A DNA stretch of 32,000 nucleotides from the NCBI GenBank assembly GCA_002794465.1, contig MTSL01000010.1, positions 27,579 through 59,578 on the forward strand, in the 5' to 3' direction. Origin of the DNA: Paramicrosporidium saccamoebae KSL3 (taxonomy: Eukaryota; Fungi; Cryptomycota). The notes under the pieces are model-generated. The model searched no databases. It saw only the letters and a list, made by a program, of their open reading frames with translations, and had not been told where the DNA came from. A program made the translations under genes and the position numbers. This document shows, in pieces, positions 9,882 through 20,083 of this stretch (position 1 is the stretch's first letter; each line of letters starts with the position of its first letter).

Positions 9882-10692
9882 ATGGAATCACCGCATAGGA
9901 ACCCACGCAAGAACGTGCCATTCTCTCCAGAAGACACGCTGCGTATCCAGAAACAACTGGACGTGCCGGTCGATGTGGAGCACATTGCATTTCGACCATC
10001 AGCACAGGGTACGGTTGCGTATGTGGAGGGTTGGCGGGCACTGCATCTGGCCAACGAGGTTTTTGGCTTTTCAGGCTGGTCCTCGGAGATATTGTCGCTG
10101 GCCACCGACTTTGTAGATACGGAAGGCGGACGCGTGACACTTGGAGTTTCTTGTATGGTACGCGTTTCGCTCCGGGACGGCACATTCCACGACGTACAAC
10201 TTATCGCGCATTTAACGTCTAGGATATTGGCTATGGATCGTCAGAGAATCAACGGAGCAAGGCGGCAGCATATGAAAAGGCGCGCAAAGAAGCAGTGACG
10301 GATGCTATGAAACGGGCCCTGCGCATGTTTGGAAATCGACTGGGCAATTGCGCCTACGACAAGACGTTTCTGCAACAGGTGCGGTCAAAGAGCCGTCCAA
10401 ATTCGACCAGCAAACCCGTTAATTTGGCCACAACGATACCGCCAGTAAGCTTTGTGCCGAAATGGCAACATCCAAAGTCGGCACCAGCTCCCTCCTCCGA
10501 GATGGACAATGAACTGGTGGTTACAGAGGAGCGTATCTTTTGATGGCTGTTTACGGTGTAGAAACGCTAGAATTTGGCTCATTCTTCACCGATGCCTCCT
10601 TTGACATTAATGAGCAAAACTATGATCACAACAAGTCGGCTATGCGGCCCAAATTGCAACACAGTACCCACTCCACACAATCTAATAATTAG
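9882..10692 (+). CDS. RAD52: DNA repair protein Rad52 (Rad52/Rad22 family), short form, about 250 aa, 3 exons
   Basis: [36 protein letters not shown]|DIGYG and [28 protein letters not shown]. Intron 10194..10222 is strongly supported by motif continuity. Intron 10533..10561 and the last exon are less certain; without them the stop is at 10543. Confidence 0.92.
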
Positions 10693-10835
10693 AATCACCC
10701 ATGACGGAACGGGCGGAAAACCGATCAGTGCAAATGCCCACCACAGCATATCGAAATCCAAACTAATTAAATGTAAAATTTATGTGCGGGTGATTCGTGT
10801 AATACAAGCAATTGGACAGGTCGAAGGAAAATGGG

Positions 10836-12926
10836 TCAGGCCCCAAGGACGACGGTGGGGAGGTTTAATTGCTGTCGATGCTTAGCTATCCATCGTCCAA
10901 CCGGCGAATAATGGTTGTTGACAAACAATTGCACATTGTTACATAGCATTCGTTCCAGCATAGAGGCTACTCCATGCACCAGTCCATTGGGTACTAATCC
11001 GGAAATGCCCAGCGCCACCTCCAGATCGTGAAGTGTTACTACTCCGTCGGGAGACTCTTCACTCTGTGCCTCCATAATCATGTAAATGATGTCAGAGCCA
11101 ATCCCAGCCTTGCGAGCAGCGTCATGGGTGTAATCCAGCAGTCGACCTGGTCCCGCATGACAGGACCGGTAATAGAGCAATTTTTGGGAGGGATCGTCCC
11201 GAATGTCAGCGCCACAATTATCCGCTCCCCGAGAGAAGATGGTGCACACTATTGGGGCAGACAGATCGGTCTTGAATTGGTCGAGGAACCTGATAAAGGG
11301 CGCAGTGGCAGTCCAAGTCGTCTGTAGGGCTTCCAAATCGGCAGGGACGGAAAAAGTGTCTACGATAAAGTTCATGGAACGGAACGCAAGCACCACATCC
11401 CGACAAGCACCAAAATTGGCTACGACCTCTGAATCTGTGGCAGTGATTACGGGCACCACAACTGTTTGGGCTCGAACGCCGTGTTCTGCAAAGAGCGGAG
11501 CGGGTAGCGCCACCAGTCCCCGATAAGGCAGCAATTTGATGGTCATAAGAGCCTGTCGCCGCACCACAAAGTGCTCGGAAGGAAAAGCCGAGAGGGGCGC
11601 CATTGAGGCAGTGGTGTTGAACACGAACAGATCAGAATACTCTATTCGCTGTCCCGGATTTCGGGGGTCCAGGAGAGGAGGTACAATTAGAGTGCGGTTT
11701 AGCATGGGCGCAATGAGCAAGGCCTTTTGTAAAGTTTCCAATTGCATAAGCGGAGTGCCGTGAGGCTCATACAACAAATAACGTCGACGCACTGACTCAT
11801 TATCTATCGGATCGCTGTCCAAATCAAGAATACATTTCGGGGCCGGTTCAGGCTCCGCAAAGATCCCGGGATAATCATTCCGTTGACGTTCCATCCGACG
11901 AGCGGCCAGAACACGCACCGAATCAACCTGTTGTTCGAGACAATCAAAAACTGGAATGTCTTTGAGAGGGCTTATTGCGGATCCTGGACTCAGTAGCGTC
12001 TTGCCATCCAGGATCAGGTATTCCCACAAGTACTGTCGCCAAGAAAACGTGTCCATCAGTGGCGTGGCATACAGGGGAGGCGTTTCATTATGGATCCGCC
12101 AATCAATGTAACGTTGGAGGTCTGACCACATCCAAGGGAAGAAGACTATGATTGTCGCTGGACGCTGCTTTAGGGCAGTTGCACCGCCATCTAATGCCAA
12201 GCCCAGGATGCTCCGTCCGGTCCGGGTGATTATTCGCTCTTTTCCATCCACAAAGTGTCGAGTCAGGGCGGAGAGGGCTTCTTTTAACATGTCGTCTCGA
12301 ATGTCCTCGACCATGTCAATAAAAACGGCAAATTCGGTAGACTCGATAGACTCGGGTCGCCATGCGCGCAAAGTCTGTTCCTTGAAAGAGCCTTTAATGG
12401 TGTGTGTATACACCTTGCCTGCGTGCCAACTTAATTGATCTGCAAATGCAGCCACGTCCTCCATCTCATCCGGTACCACAAACTGTAAATGAACTGTGCA
12501 TCCCATCATTTCCACGCGACGTAATCGATCCATCAGTTCATCCAGCTCGGGTCGTGAAAAAGCGAGGATAAGGCGGAAATGAAGGTGCTTGCAAGATGAC
12601 AATGTCATTCGCAGTGGTCGTTCTGTCCCATTGCTGACACGGGGATATGTTTGCTGAAACAATAGTCCAAATTCATTTCTTCCAAAGTCAATGTAGTCCC
12701 ACACGACAAACAGTGCGCCTGCCAAGAGAATCAGCGTTCCCAGCACCCGCACTCCCCCACTCCATCGTCCCATCAACACCCTCGAAAGCCAACAATCGTT
12801 TTCACGTCCCGATTTGGCTAAACTCTCTCCCAAATCGGCTAGCTGATCATTGCCTCTGTCCGCACGTATCTCTTGCTCGGGTCCACTCTTATTCTCCCCA
12901 TCTTGGTCCGCTCCTATTCTCTCCAT
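10836..12926 (-). CDS. Paralog C: degenerate GT2-like domain plus O-fucosyltransferase-like domain, type II membrane, intronless (likely start 12773 or 12926)
   Basis: 696-aa ORF collinear with paralogs A and B: RYLLYEPH..LNRTLIVPPL, FGACRDVVLAFR, FSRGADNCG and LCNNVQLFVNNHYSPV. Transmembrane segment VLGTLILLAGALFVVW. Confidence 0.8.
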   Translation of the reverse strand: MERIGADQDGENKSGPEQEIRADRGNDQLADLGESLAKSGRENDCWLSRVLMGRWSGGVRVLGTLILLAGALFVVWDYIDFGRNEFGLLFQQTYPRVSNGTERPLRMTLSSCKHLHFRLILAFSRPELDELMDRLRRVEMMGCTVHLQFVVPDEMEDVAAFADQLSWHAGKVYTHTIKGSFKEQTLRAWRPESIESTEFAVFIDMVEDIRDDMLKEALSALTRHFVDGKERIITRTGRSILGLALDGGATALKQRPATIIVFFPWMWSDLQRYIDWRIHNETPPLYATPLMDTFSWRQYLWEYLILDGKTLLSPGSAISPLKDIPVFDCLEQQVDSVRVLAARRMERQRNDYPGIFAEPEPAPKCILDLDSDPIDNESVRRRYLLYEPHGTPLMQLETLQKALLIAPMLNRTLIVPPLLDPRNPGQRIEYSDLFVFNTTASMAPLSAFPSEHFVVRRQALMTIKLLPYRGLVALPAPLFAEHGVRAQTVVVPVITATDSEVVANFGACRDVVLAFRSMNFIVDTFSVPADLEALQTTWTATAPFIRFLDQFKTDLSAPIVCTIFSRGADNCGADIRDDPSQKLLYYRSCHAGPGRLLDYTHDAARKAGIGSDIIYMIMEAQSEESPDGVVTLHDLEVALGISGLVPNGLVHGVASMLERMLCNNVQLFVNNHYSPVGRWIAKHRQQLNLPTVVLGA

Positions 12927-13030
12927 CTTGGTCCGCTCTTATCCTCTCCATCTTGGTCCGCTCTTACTCTTTCCATCTTGTTCCGCTCTCATTCTCTCAA
13001 TCTGAATCCATTCTTATCCTCTCAATCTGG
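12873..13030. repeat. 25-nt minisatellite, about 6 copies (ccatcttggtccgctcttattctct)
   Basis: Near-perfect units at 12898, 12923, 12948 and 12973, with degenerate flanking units. Confidence 0.9.
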
Positions 13031-13091
13031 GGTTGCTAACTCGGCTCTCTTAATCCCAACCCTCGCAGTTCCACATTGTCTAAGACACCAT

Positions 13092-15503
13092 TTATTTCTG
13101 TCCAAGTAACTTTGCTGGCAGGGCAGGATCCCTACTCTGCATTATCCTATTACTGACAGTCGAATATGTGTTGCCGAGGAAAAATTGCGCCCGTCGACAA
13201 ACCTCCATGCCGATCCACGGTGCCAAGGCTGTTCGCACTGATGGCGGCATTTGGGCCAGTTCCGTGGCTGAATCGATCAAAAGGCTCTTGTCAGTGTATA
13301 CTGTGAGCAATCGACCATTCTGTTTCGCTGTCAGCAATTCGGGCAAGGGTATCTCGTTTAACACATACACTGACGCCAATTCAATTTTCAATTCAGAAGC
13401 TGCACTAACCGCATATTCCAGGGTCCGCTCTGGCGTGGCAGCACAACTTCGGAAGGATGTCAACTTTTGTTCCTCCGTCGGCTCCTTGGTTCTCTTGACG
13501 TCGCGTCCACAATCATCAGCCACATCGCCTCGAGAGACGACAACACATGCCAAAGGTGCTGCAATGTCTGCAAAGATGCGATCAATGACCTTGGCAATTG
13601 TCTCGGTGGGCCGGATTCCCGTGTTGATCCAATGGATAAAGGGGGTTTGGGTGGCCTCGCTGGAAAAGTTAGTAAAGGCGCCAGTTAAATGACGAAATGC
13701 CAGCACACGGTCATTGCATCCCCCAAACTGTCTAATAATTGCCGGCTCCTCGGTGGGATACACATGGAGTACTGCCTGGTTCGCAATAACCAATCCAGCC
13801 TCCGTCAGAAGATTGTCGGTAAATCTCATCGTATCATTCTTTCGCAACGACCACGGCACAAAATGAACCACCCGTTCAATCCAATTGTAAAAGGTTTGCG
13901 TGAAACGCTCAAACGAAATTGTCTCCACCCCTTGTGGTGGATCAAAGACAATGAGCTTTTCCATGGGAATTGGAACACCTTCAATGTAAAAGGGCGGTAC
14001 CACCAGCTTTCGTTCTAGCAATCGTGCCCATACCACCGCATTCTGCAACGCATTAATTTGTTCCACCAAACCCATCTGGGGCTCATACAAAAGGTATTTG
14101 ACTTCGGAAGATCCATTTGGCACTGGGAAGGTGACACTGTCCAGGACACAGGTGGGGTTACGTTGTGGAAAGGACCATCCGCTGGCCTCCATCATTTCCA
14201 CAGTATACAATCCCAGCTGCGTCAGGGCGTGCATATCTGTCACCCTTTCATGGTGATAAGAAACAATGGGCAACTCTCGTAGCGGTTTCATCTCGGCTAC
14301 TAGAGACTCGAACTGCTCCGGATCTGTCAATAATGGCACTGTAAAGTAATTGAGCTGATTAGTGCCGATATCGTCAACCAAGGGCTCCTGTGGTTGGCCT
14401 TTAGTATGTTCGCCCTGTTCGCGATGATGCGTGCTGAAGCTGGCCTGTCGCTCCAAGGCCGGATATAACATCACCTGGCCTCGCATGTACATGAACTCGA
14501 TTAGAAACTTTTTCCACGAACGTCGCCAAAACTTTGTCGCCGAATCCCGGATCGATACATTCAATACCCAATCATCTGCAGTCCGACGCCACGCGTAAAA
14601 CTCTAAAAACTCGCGCCATCGCCATGGAACATAGAGAGCGCCCCAGCTACAGGGTAATTGGAAGAGAAACTGCGTGTCTGCGCCAATCGTCTGTTGGGGT
14701 ATCCATTCTTCGTTCGGGATGGCAATTTCATTGTAACGCGGCGTATTGAGGGAAATGCCTATAAACCGTTCGTTCCATATGGATGGAGCAGCCCGTACTC
14801 CCCCCGGAAGTAAATACTTGGCCAACGCCACAATGGTATAATCAAAGAAAAAGGGTGACACCTCAATGTCATCCTCAAAGAAAAAGGCAAATTCAGAATC
14901 CGACACTGGTCGCCAGCTCTCCATGATTGTCTACATTCATCAGAACCGTCATCAAAATACCCTCTCCAAACCCACTCGTTCGGCATGCCGATTTATGCGG
15001 GTTCGTCCATGCTCCCAGCGGTAGGAATCCACAAAATCAATCACCTTTTCATGCGCCTCCCCGTCCATATGGAAATCCAAATGCACCGGAAATCCCCTAT
15101 AGTCCACCTCCAAAGACTGCAACAGACGACGCAACGAGGCACGACGTTTCCAGGCGAACACTATTACTCGGAACGTGCAGTTTCCACGCAGCTGCTCGGC
15201 CGCATGGATTGCCCGCTGCGTCAGTTGACTGCGGTCAGCGCGTTTCGGAGCGGACAATGGCCTCGGAAGCGCCCGTAACTGCTCTCGCCACGACGTTTCA
15301 GTTGACACATTAGGTGCTGTGAATAGGTACAGTCCAGTGCAGACCACCACAACACCCACTGCAATGACCAGTAGTCGGCCCACAAGAGTAAGACTATTGC
15401 CGATCGTCCTGCTATGTGACAATGTCAGCATAATCCGATTCAACACTGACGTTTCAGCCGTTTCTATTCTGGGCCACCAATCTATCCGTTTTGGGTATTG
15501 CAT
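13092..15503 (-). CDS. Paralog B: GT2-like (plant At5g60700-type) domain plus O-fucosyltransferase-like GT-B domain, type II membrane, about 793 aa, 2 exons
   Basis: ORFs 14952..15503 and 13092..14924 join via a 30-nt intron 14960..14931. GT-A part: FRVIVFAWKRRASLRRLLQSL, ESWRP..FFFEDDIEVSP, LFQLPCSWG, SWKKFLIEFMYMRG, FSTHHREQGEH. GT-B part: YLLYEPQMG..LERKLVVPP, VSRGD, CRRAQFFLGNTYSTVS. Confidence 0.85.
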
Positions 15504-15727
15504 AATTGTATTCTTTAGTCTAAGGACCAGTGAGCATAATGAGAACCCGAAACAGCGTGATAACGGGACGGTATAAAATAGCGCTGTAGCTGCAAGGCCA
15601 CTTTCATGTTGTGATCAAGCCTGTAATCGAACTAACGCTGTGGACAAATTGTCGTTCACACTACTCCACACGACTCTACATTACTTTACATCCAACTCGC
15701 GTTCAATCCGCATTTAATTCACCTTCA

Positions 15728-15832
15728 ATTCACACTAGACCCACACCCACATTCAACTCGCCTTTGATTCACATTGGACCCGCACCCACATTAGACCTAC
15801 ACCCACATTAGACCTATACCCACATTCAACTG
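15728..15832. repeat. Degenerate 17-nt tandem repeat (cacccacattagaccta) between paralogs A and B
   Basis: The cacccacatt core occurs at 15744, 15783, 15800 and 15817 (the last begins t). Confidence 0.7.
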
Positions 15833-15834
15833 GT

Positions 15835-18234
15835 CTAAAGACTGCCAAGAAGGATTGAAGGAAGATTGCCCCGTTTCGCAATAATCCGCTTAGAGACGGA
15901 AGAGTAGGCATTTCCTAGAAAGATTGTCGCCCGGCTACATACTTCGGCTTCCACAATCTCGGCAATCTGCATCCGAATTTCGGATGGGACGTCTCTCAGA
16001 CCATCGACCTGTGCGTCCAAAATGTCCCTTCGGGATGCCAGGCGCACTGGAAATGGATTAGATGAGTGTGGTACGTCAGAAATGACATATAGGGTGGCCG
16101 GACTAATGTTTTCTGACCGATGGATTGCATGCAAGATAGTCTCCTCCAATGATGCGCGACAGTTCATCTGCAGAATGGAGGCCTGTTCATCAGTCAAACT
16201 GTGAATTTTGTCGAGATCAGCGCCGCAGACAGTGGGATCGTCACCGCGCGAATACTCCACACATGCCAAAGGCTGATCAAACTGTTCCACCATGGCCTGG
16301 ATCCACACCCTAATGGGTTTGGACACTTTTAGCTTGGCGGTCCATTGGCGATAGGCGGAATCTCGCTCCGGATCGGCAAAGGATGTAAAGCTGCCAAAAA
16401 GATGTCGGAATGCAAGCACTTGGTCTTGACATCCGCCAAATTGCTGTCGAATCTCCTGTTCCTTGGTGGGAAAGACATGTAGAATGGCCTGGCCAGCCGG
16501 TACAAAACCTGCGTCAATTAGCACATTGTCGCGCATCTTCATCATGTTCCTATCTCGAATGGTCCAAGGAACAAACTGAGCCACACGATCAATCCAGCCA
16601 TCGTGTCGCGCAATAAAGTCATCAACTGGGAGCATTTTGACAAACGAATGCTTGTCGAAATCGGCAATCTGCTCCAGTGCAACTCTTATAGTGTGGTCAC
16701 TGGGAGCCACAAGGGGAGGAAGGACCAGCGTGCGGTTAAGGATTGCTGCATATGCAGCAGCGTTCTGTAGAGCATTTAGTTGGTGACCCAGGGAGAGTTG
16801 CGGCTCATATATTAAAAACCTTTCCGTTTCCTCCTGGCCATGGACTGGGAATGTGATTGTATCCAGAACACAGGTAGGATTGACGCGGTATTTGCTGTGA
16901 TCCCAGCCATGCTTCTCCATCACCTCCACGGTGAACAGCCCCAACTGCGTAAGGGCATGAACATTCTGCACCCTTTCGTGGTGGAATGACACTATTGGAA
17001 GTTGTGACAGCGGCTTCATCTCTGCAATCATTCGGTCCACTTGTTGTGCATCCTTTTCCAACGCCAGCGGAACGGTAAAATAGTTCAACTTGATGGTTCC
17101 CAGTTCATCCACTAAGTGCTCCTCGGGCCTGCCCTTTGTGTGTTCTCCAGGCTCGCGATGATGGGTACTGAAGCTAATTTGTCGTTCCAGCGCCGGATAT
17201 AACATGTACAATCCCCGCATATACATAAACTCTATGAGAAACTTTTTCCAGGAGCGACGCCAGTAGCGAACGGCCGAGTCTGGGATGGATTGTTTCAAAT
17301 CCGATCCATCCTTGTCGCGTCTCCATCGATAGAATTGCAGAAATTGTCGCCAGAACCACGGGATCAGCAGAGCACCCCAACTGGAGGGCAGTTGGAAGAG
17401 AAACTGGCTCTCCTCCATACCAATCTCCTGCGATGGTATCCAATCCACGGGCTTCATGGCAATCTCATTATAGCGCGGAGTGACCAGGGAGATTCCAAAG
17501 AACCGCTCGGTTAAAACGGTTTGGTTTGCCAGCTGTCCACCTGGGAGAATGTACTTTTCCAACGCGATCACTGAATACTCAAAGAAACGTGGGGCCACTT
17601 CAATGTCATCTTCGAAGAAAAAGGCAAATTCATCATCCGATCTGGCCTCCCAGCTCTCCATGATAGTCTACAAATCAGCAAGAGAGGATTCGTATACTCT
17701 TTCCAGCCCGATCCGCGTCGCGTGCTTATTTACTCGGATTGTTCCGTGCTGCCAATCGACCTGGGAGACGTACTCCAGGACCCTTTCACTAGCCTCTCCA
17801 TCCAAGTGGAATTCCAAATTAACCTTGAATCCAAAATAGGCAGACTTTTGGAGAGAATTGACCAGTCTCTTTAACGAAGCACGTCGACGCCATGCAAACA
17901 CAACAACTCGAAACGAATATCTTTCCTTCAATGCCATTGCCCGCTCAAGGGCTCGTTGAGCCAATGTCCTGTGATCAGCACGGAATACGGGCGTTGCTGT
18001 AAACTTGTGAGACACATGTTCTATCTTTTCCTTCCACAATTCGTTTCGTGTCACCATAGGTGCTGCCATACGGGCCGTCGTAGATTTCATCACGGGTTTT
18101 GATGACATTGCATACTGGCATCGACTCCGAAATAGGCCCAAGACGGCCAGTGTCCCCAGTATCAGTGTCAAAAGTTTCCATACCTTTCGCTGGAGTAGAA
18201 ATCGGGCCGACTGAAGCAGGTGCATCACAGCCAT
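15835..18234 (-). CDS. Paralog A: GT2-like domain plus O-fucosyltransferase-like domain, type II membrane, about 789 aa, 2 exons
   Basis: ORFs 17668..18234 and 15835..17661 join via a 30-nt intron 17697..17668 at the same position and phase as in paralog B. Motifs FFFEDDIEVAP, LFQLPSSWG, RRSWKKFLIEFMYMRG, FSTHHREPGEH, LNRTLVLPP, YSRGD and CSRATIFLGNAYSSVS. Confidence 0.85.
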
Positions 18235-18295
18235 CCCTCATATCACCAAATCCAGCAATATCAAATCCTCACGATACGATTAATTGGATTTAATA

Positions 18296-19804
18296 ATGTC
18301 GGGAGTGAACACGACCTTCTTGGGAGGTCATGCCACAAAGAGCGGACTGCCGGAGGCACGGGATCGAACGCAAATAGATAAAATAATTCAGGAAGCCTCC
18401 AAAGGGAGCAAATTTTATGCATTCCAGCAACGACGCGAGCAGCGGATAGCAGAAAAAGTCGCTGCTCTACAAATTAAAAAGACTCAACTCTCCACTGGCT
18501 ACTCCAAAGCGGAGCAGGAGACGCGTAAATGGCTTGCCGATGCAGAGAGCAGACGAATATTGGAGCGTACATATCTTCACATTGATATGGATGCCTTCTT
18601 TGCCGCAGTGGAGGTACTGCGTCGTCCCGAATTGGCCACAGTGCCCATGGCAGTGGGTGGTGAAAGTATGTTGAGTACCTCCAACTACGTGGCCCGTACT
18701 TTTGGTGTAGTCGCAGCAATGCCTGGATACATTGCGCGGAAACTGTGTCCACATCTGATTATTATTCCACCCGACTATACAGCCTATCGGGCAGCCGGTG
18801 CAAAAGTCCATGAGGTGCTCCGATCGTATGATCCCAACATGAGCTCCTTTTCTTTGGACGAGGCGAGTCTGGATATCACTGATTACCTCGCCAGGTCGTC
18901 TGCTACACCCGAAGAGGTCACAGAAGAGCTGAGGGGCCGTGTTTTGCGAGCATCGAATCTCACATGTAGCGCCGGTGTGGGCTGCAGTCGACAATTGGCA
19001 AAGATTGGCTCCAATGTGAACAAGCCCAATGGTCAATTTATCCTTCCTCCAGATCCTGAAAAAATCTTGGAATTCCTCAAGAAGCAGCCAGTCAAACGCA
19101 TCAATGGTATTGGAAAGGTAACAGCCAAGATTCTCGAAGATTTGCTCAAAGTAGTGACCTGCGCAGACATTATCTCCCAGGCGACATGGATCCGGTTGCT
19201 TTTTTCAGAAATACAGTCCGAATTCCTTCTGCTGTCGGCTCTGGGAATGGGGAGCGCGTTTGGCGATGGAGATGGATCGGAGCGCAAAAGCATGAGCGTG
19301 GAGCGGACATTTAAAAAGATTGACGCCTTGTCAGATATGCAGGTGGTGCTCAAGAAACTGTGCAAACGGCTGGCTGAGGATCTTTTGGAGGAAGAATGGG
19401 CAGGCAAGACTGTCTCAATCAAGATGAAGACGGCTGCATTTGATACACTGACACGGGCAGTCACTCTGGAAAATCCTGTCAGCACTGATGAAGAAATATA
19501 CAAACACGCCTCCAAACTGCTCTCCAAGAACAAACCGCCCGATCTCAGACTCCTTGGCGTCCGTCTATCGGGACTAACAACGGATGCCCCTCGGTATCGC
19601 TGTTTAGACGATTTTGCTCACGAACCGGTTGAGCGGCCAAGCTGTCCTGTGTGCACTCAATCAATTGACGCCCATCCCGACGATACTCTGAGGATCAATG
19701 AACACATTGACAAATGTCTCGTCCCCCAGTCCAATCTCGTTCCCCAATCCAAGAAGCCGCGTCGAACTTTGGATGCATTTTTTAATAAATCGGGGCCATT
19801 ATAG
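18296..19804 (+). CDS. POLK: DNA polymerase kappa (Y-family, DinB-like)
   Basis: N-clasp-like IDKIIQEASKGSKFY, catalytic HIDMDAFFA and SLDEA, AKIGSNVNKPNGQF, little-finger ERKSMSVERTF..RLLGVRLS, UBZ CPVC..HIDKC and C-terminal PIP-like TLDAFF. The first ATG is at 18296. Confidence 0.96.
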   Translation: MSGVNTTFLGGHATKSGLPEARDRTQIDKIIQEASKGSKFYAFQQRREQRIAEKVAALQIKKTQLSTGYSKAEQETRKWLADAESRRILERTYLHIDMDAFFAAVEVLRRPELATVPMAVGGESMLSTSNYVARTFGVVAAMPGYIARKLCPHLIIIPPDYTAYRAAGAKVHEVLRSYDPNMSSFSLDEASLDITDYLARSSATPEEVTEELRGRVLRASNLTCSAGVGCSRQLAKIGSNVNKPNGQFILPPDPEKILEFLKKQPVKRINGIGKVTAKILEDLLKVVTCADIISQATWIRLLFSEIQSEFLLLSALGMGSAFGDGDGSERKSMSVERTFKKIDALSDMQVVLKKLCKRLAEDLLEEEWAGKTVSIKMKTAAFDTLTRAVTLENPVSTDEEIYKHASKLLSKNKPPDLRLLGVRLSGLTTDAPRYRCLDDFAHEPVERPSCPVCTQSIDAHPDDTLRINEHIDKCLVPQSNLVPQSKKPRRTLDAFFNKSGPL

Positions 19805-19820
19805 TCAAGAGTAAATATGA

Positions 19821-19890
19821 CATATGACGCCATATGATGTCAGATGATGCCAGATGATGCCAGAGGGTGTCAGATGATGTAAGATGGTGT
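19821..19890. repeat. 10-nt tandem repeat, 7 copies (cagatgatgY) downstream of POLK
   Basis: catatgacgc catatgatgt cagatgatgc cagatgatgc cagagggtgt cagatgatgt aagatggtgt. Confidence 0.85.
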
Positions 19891-20083
19891 AGCCACTGAC
19901 CAGTGATGCCAATAAAGGGTCGTTACTCAAACTTCAAAGATGGCCATTTGTTATTATAGCTACTAATGTGCAATTTGTAGATTGGCTTGACAGTCTAAGA
20001 GTACCCTTTCAAATCCCTCCCTTCTCATCACCACTACCACCATATTCATAAAGATTGTTGATTTATTCAAGCCATGAGAATGT

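Noticed and set aside
10836-12926. Calling paralog C a pseudogene
   Set aside because: There are no frameshifts or premature stops over about 700 codons despite heavy divergence, which argues for maintained coding.
12873-13030. Regular 25-nt repeats as a CRISPR array
   Set aside because: The units abut with no unique spacers, the context is eukaryotic, and there are no cas genes.
9882-19804. RAD52 and POLK flanking the glycosyltransferase array as a DNA-repair cluster or element boundary
   Set aside because: They are ordinary housekeeping genes, there are no terminal repeats, target-site duplications or transposase, and adjacency is expected in a compact genome.
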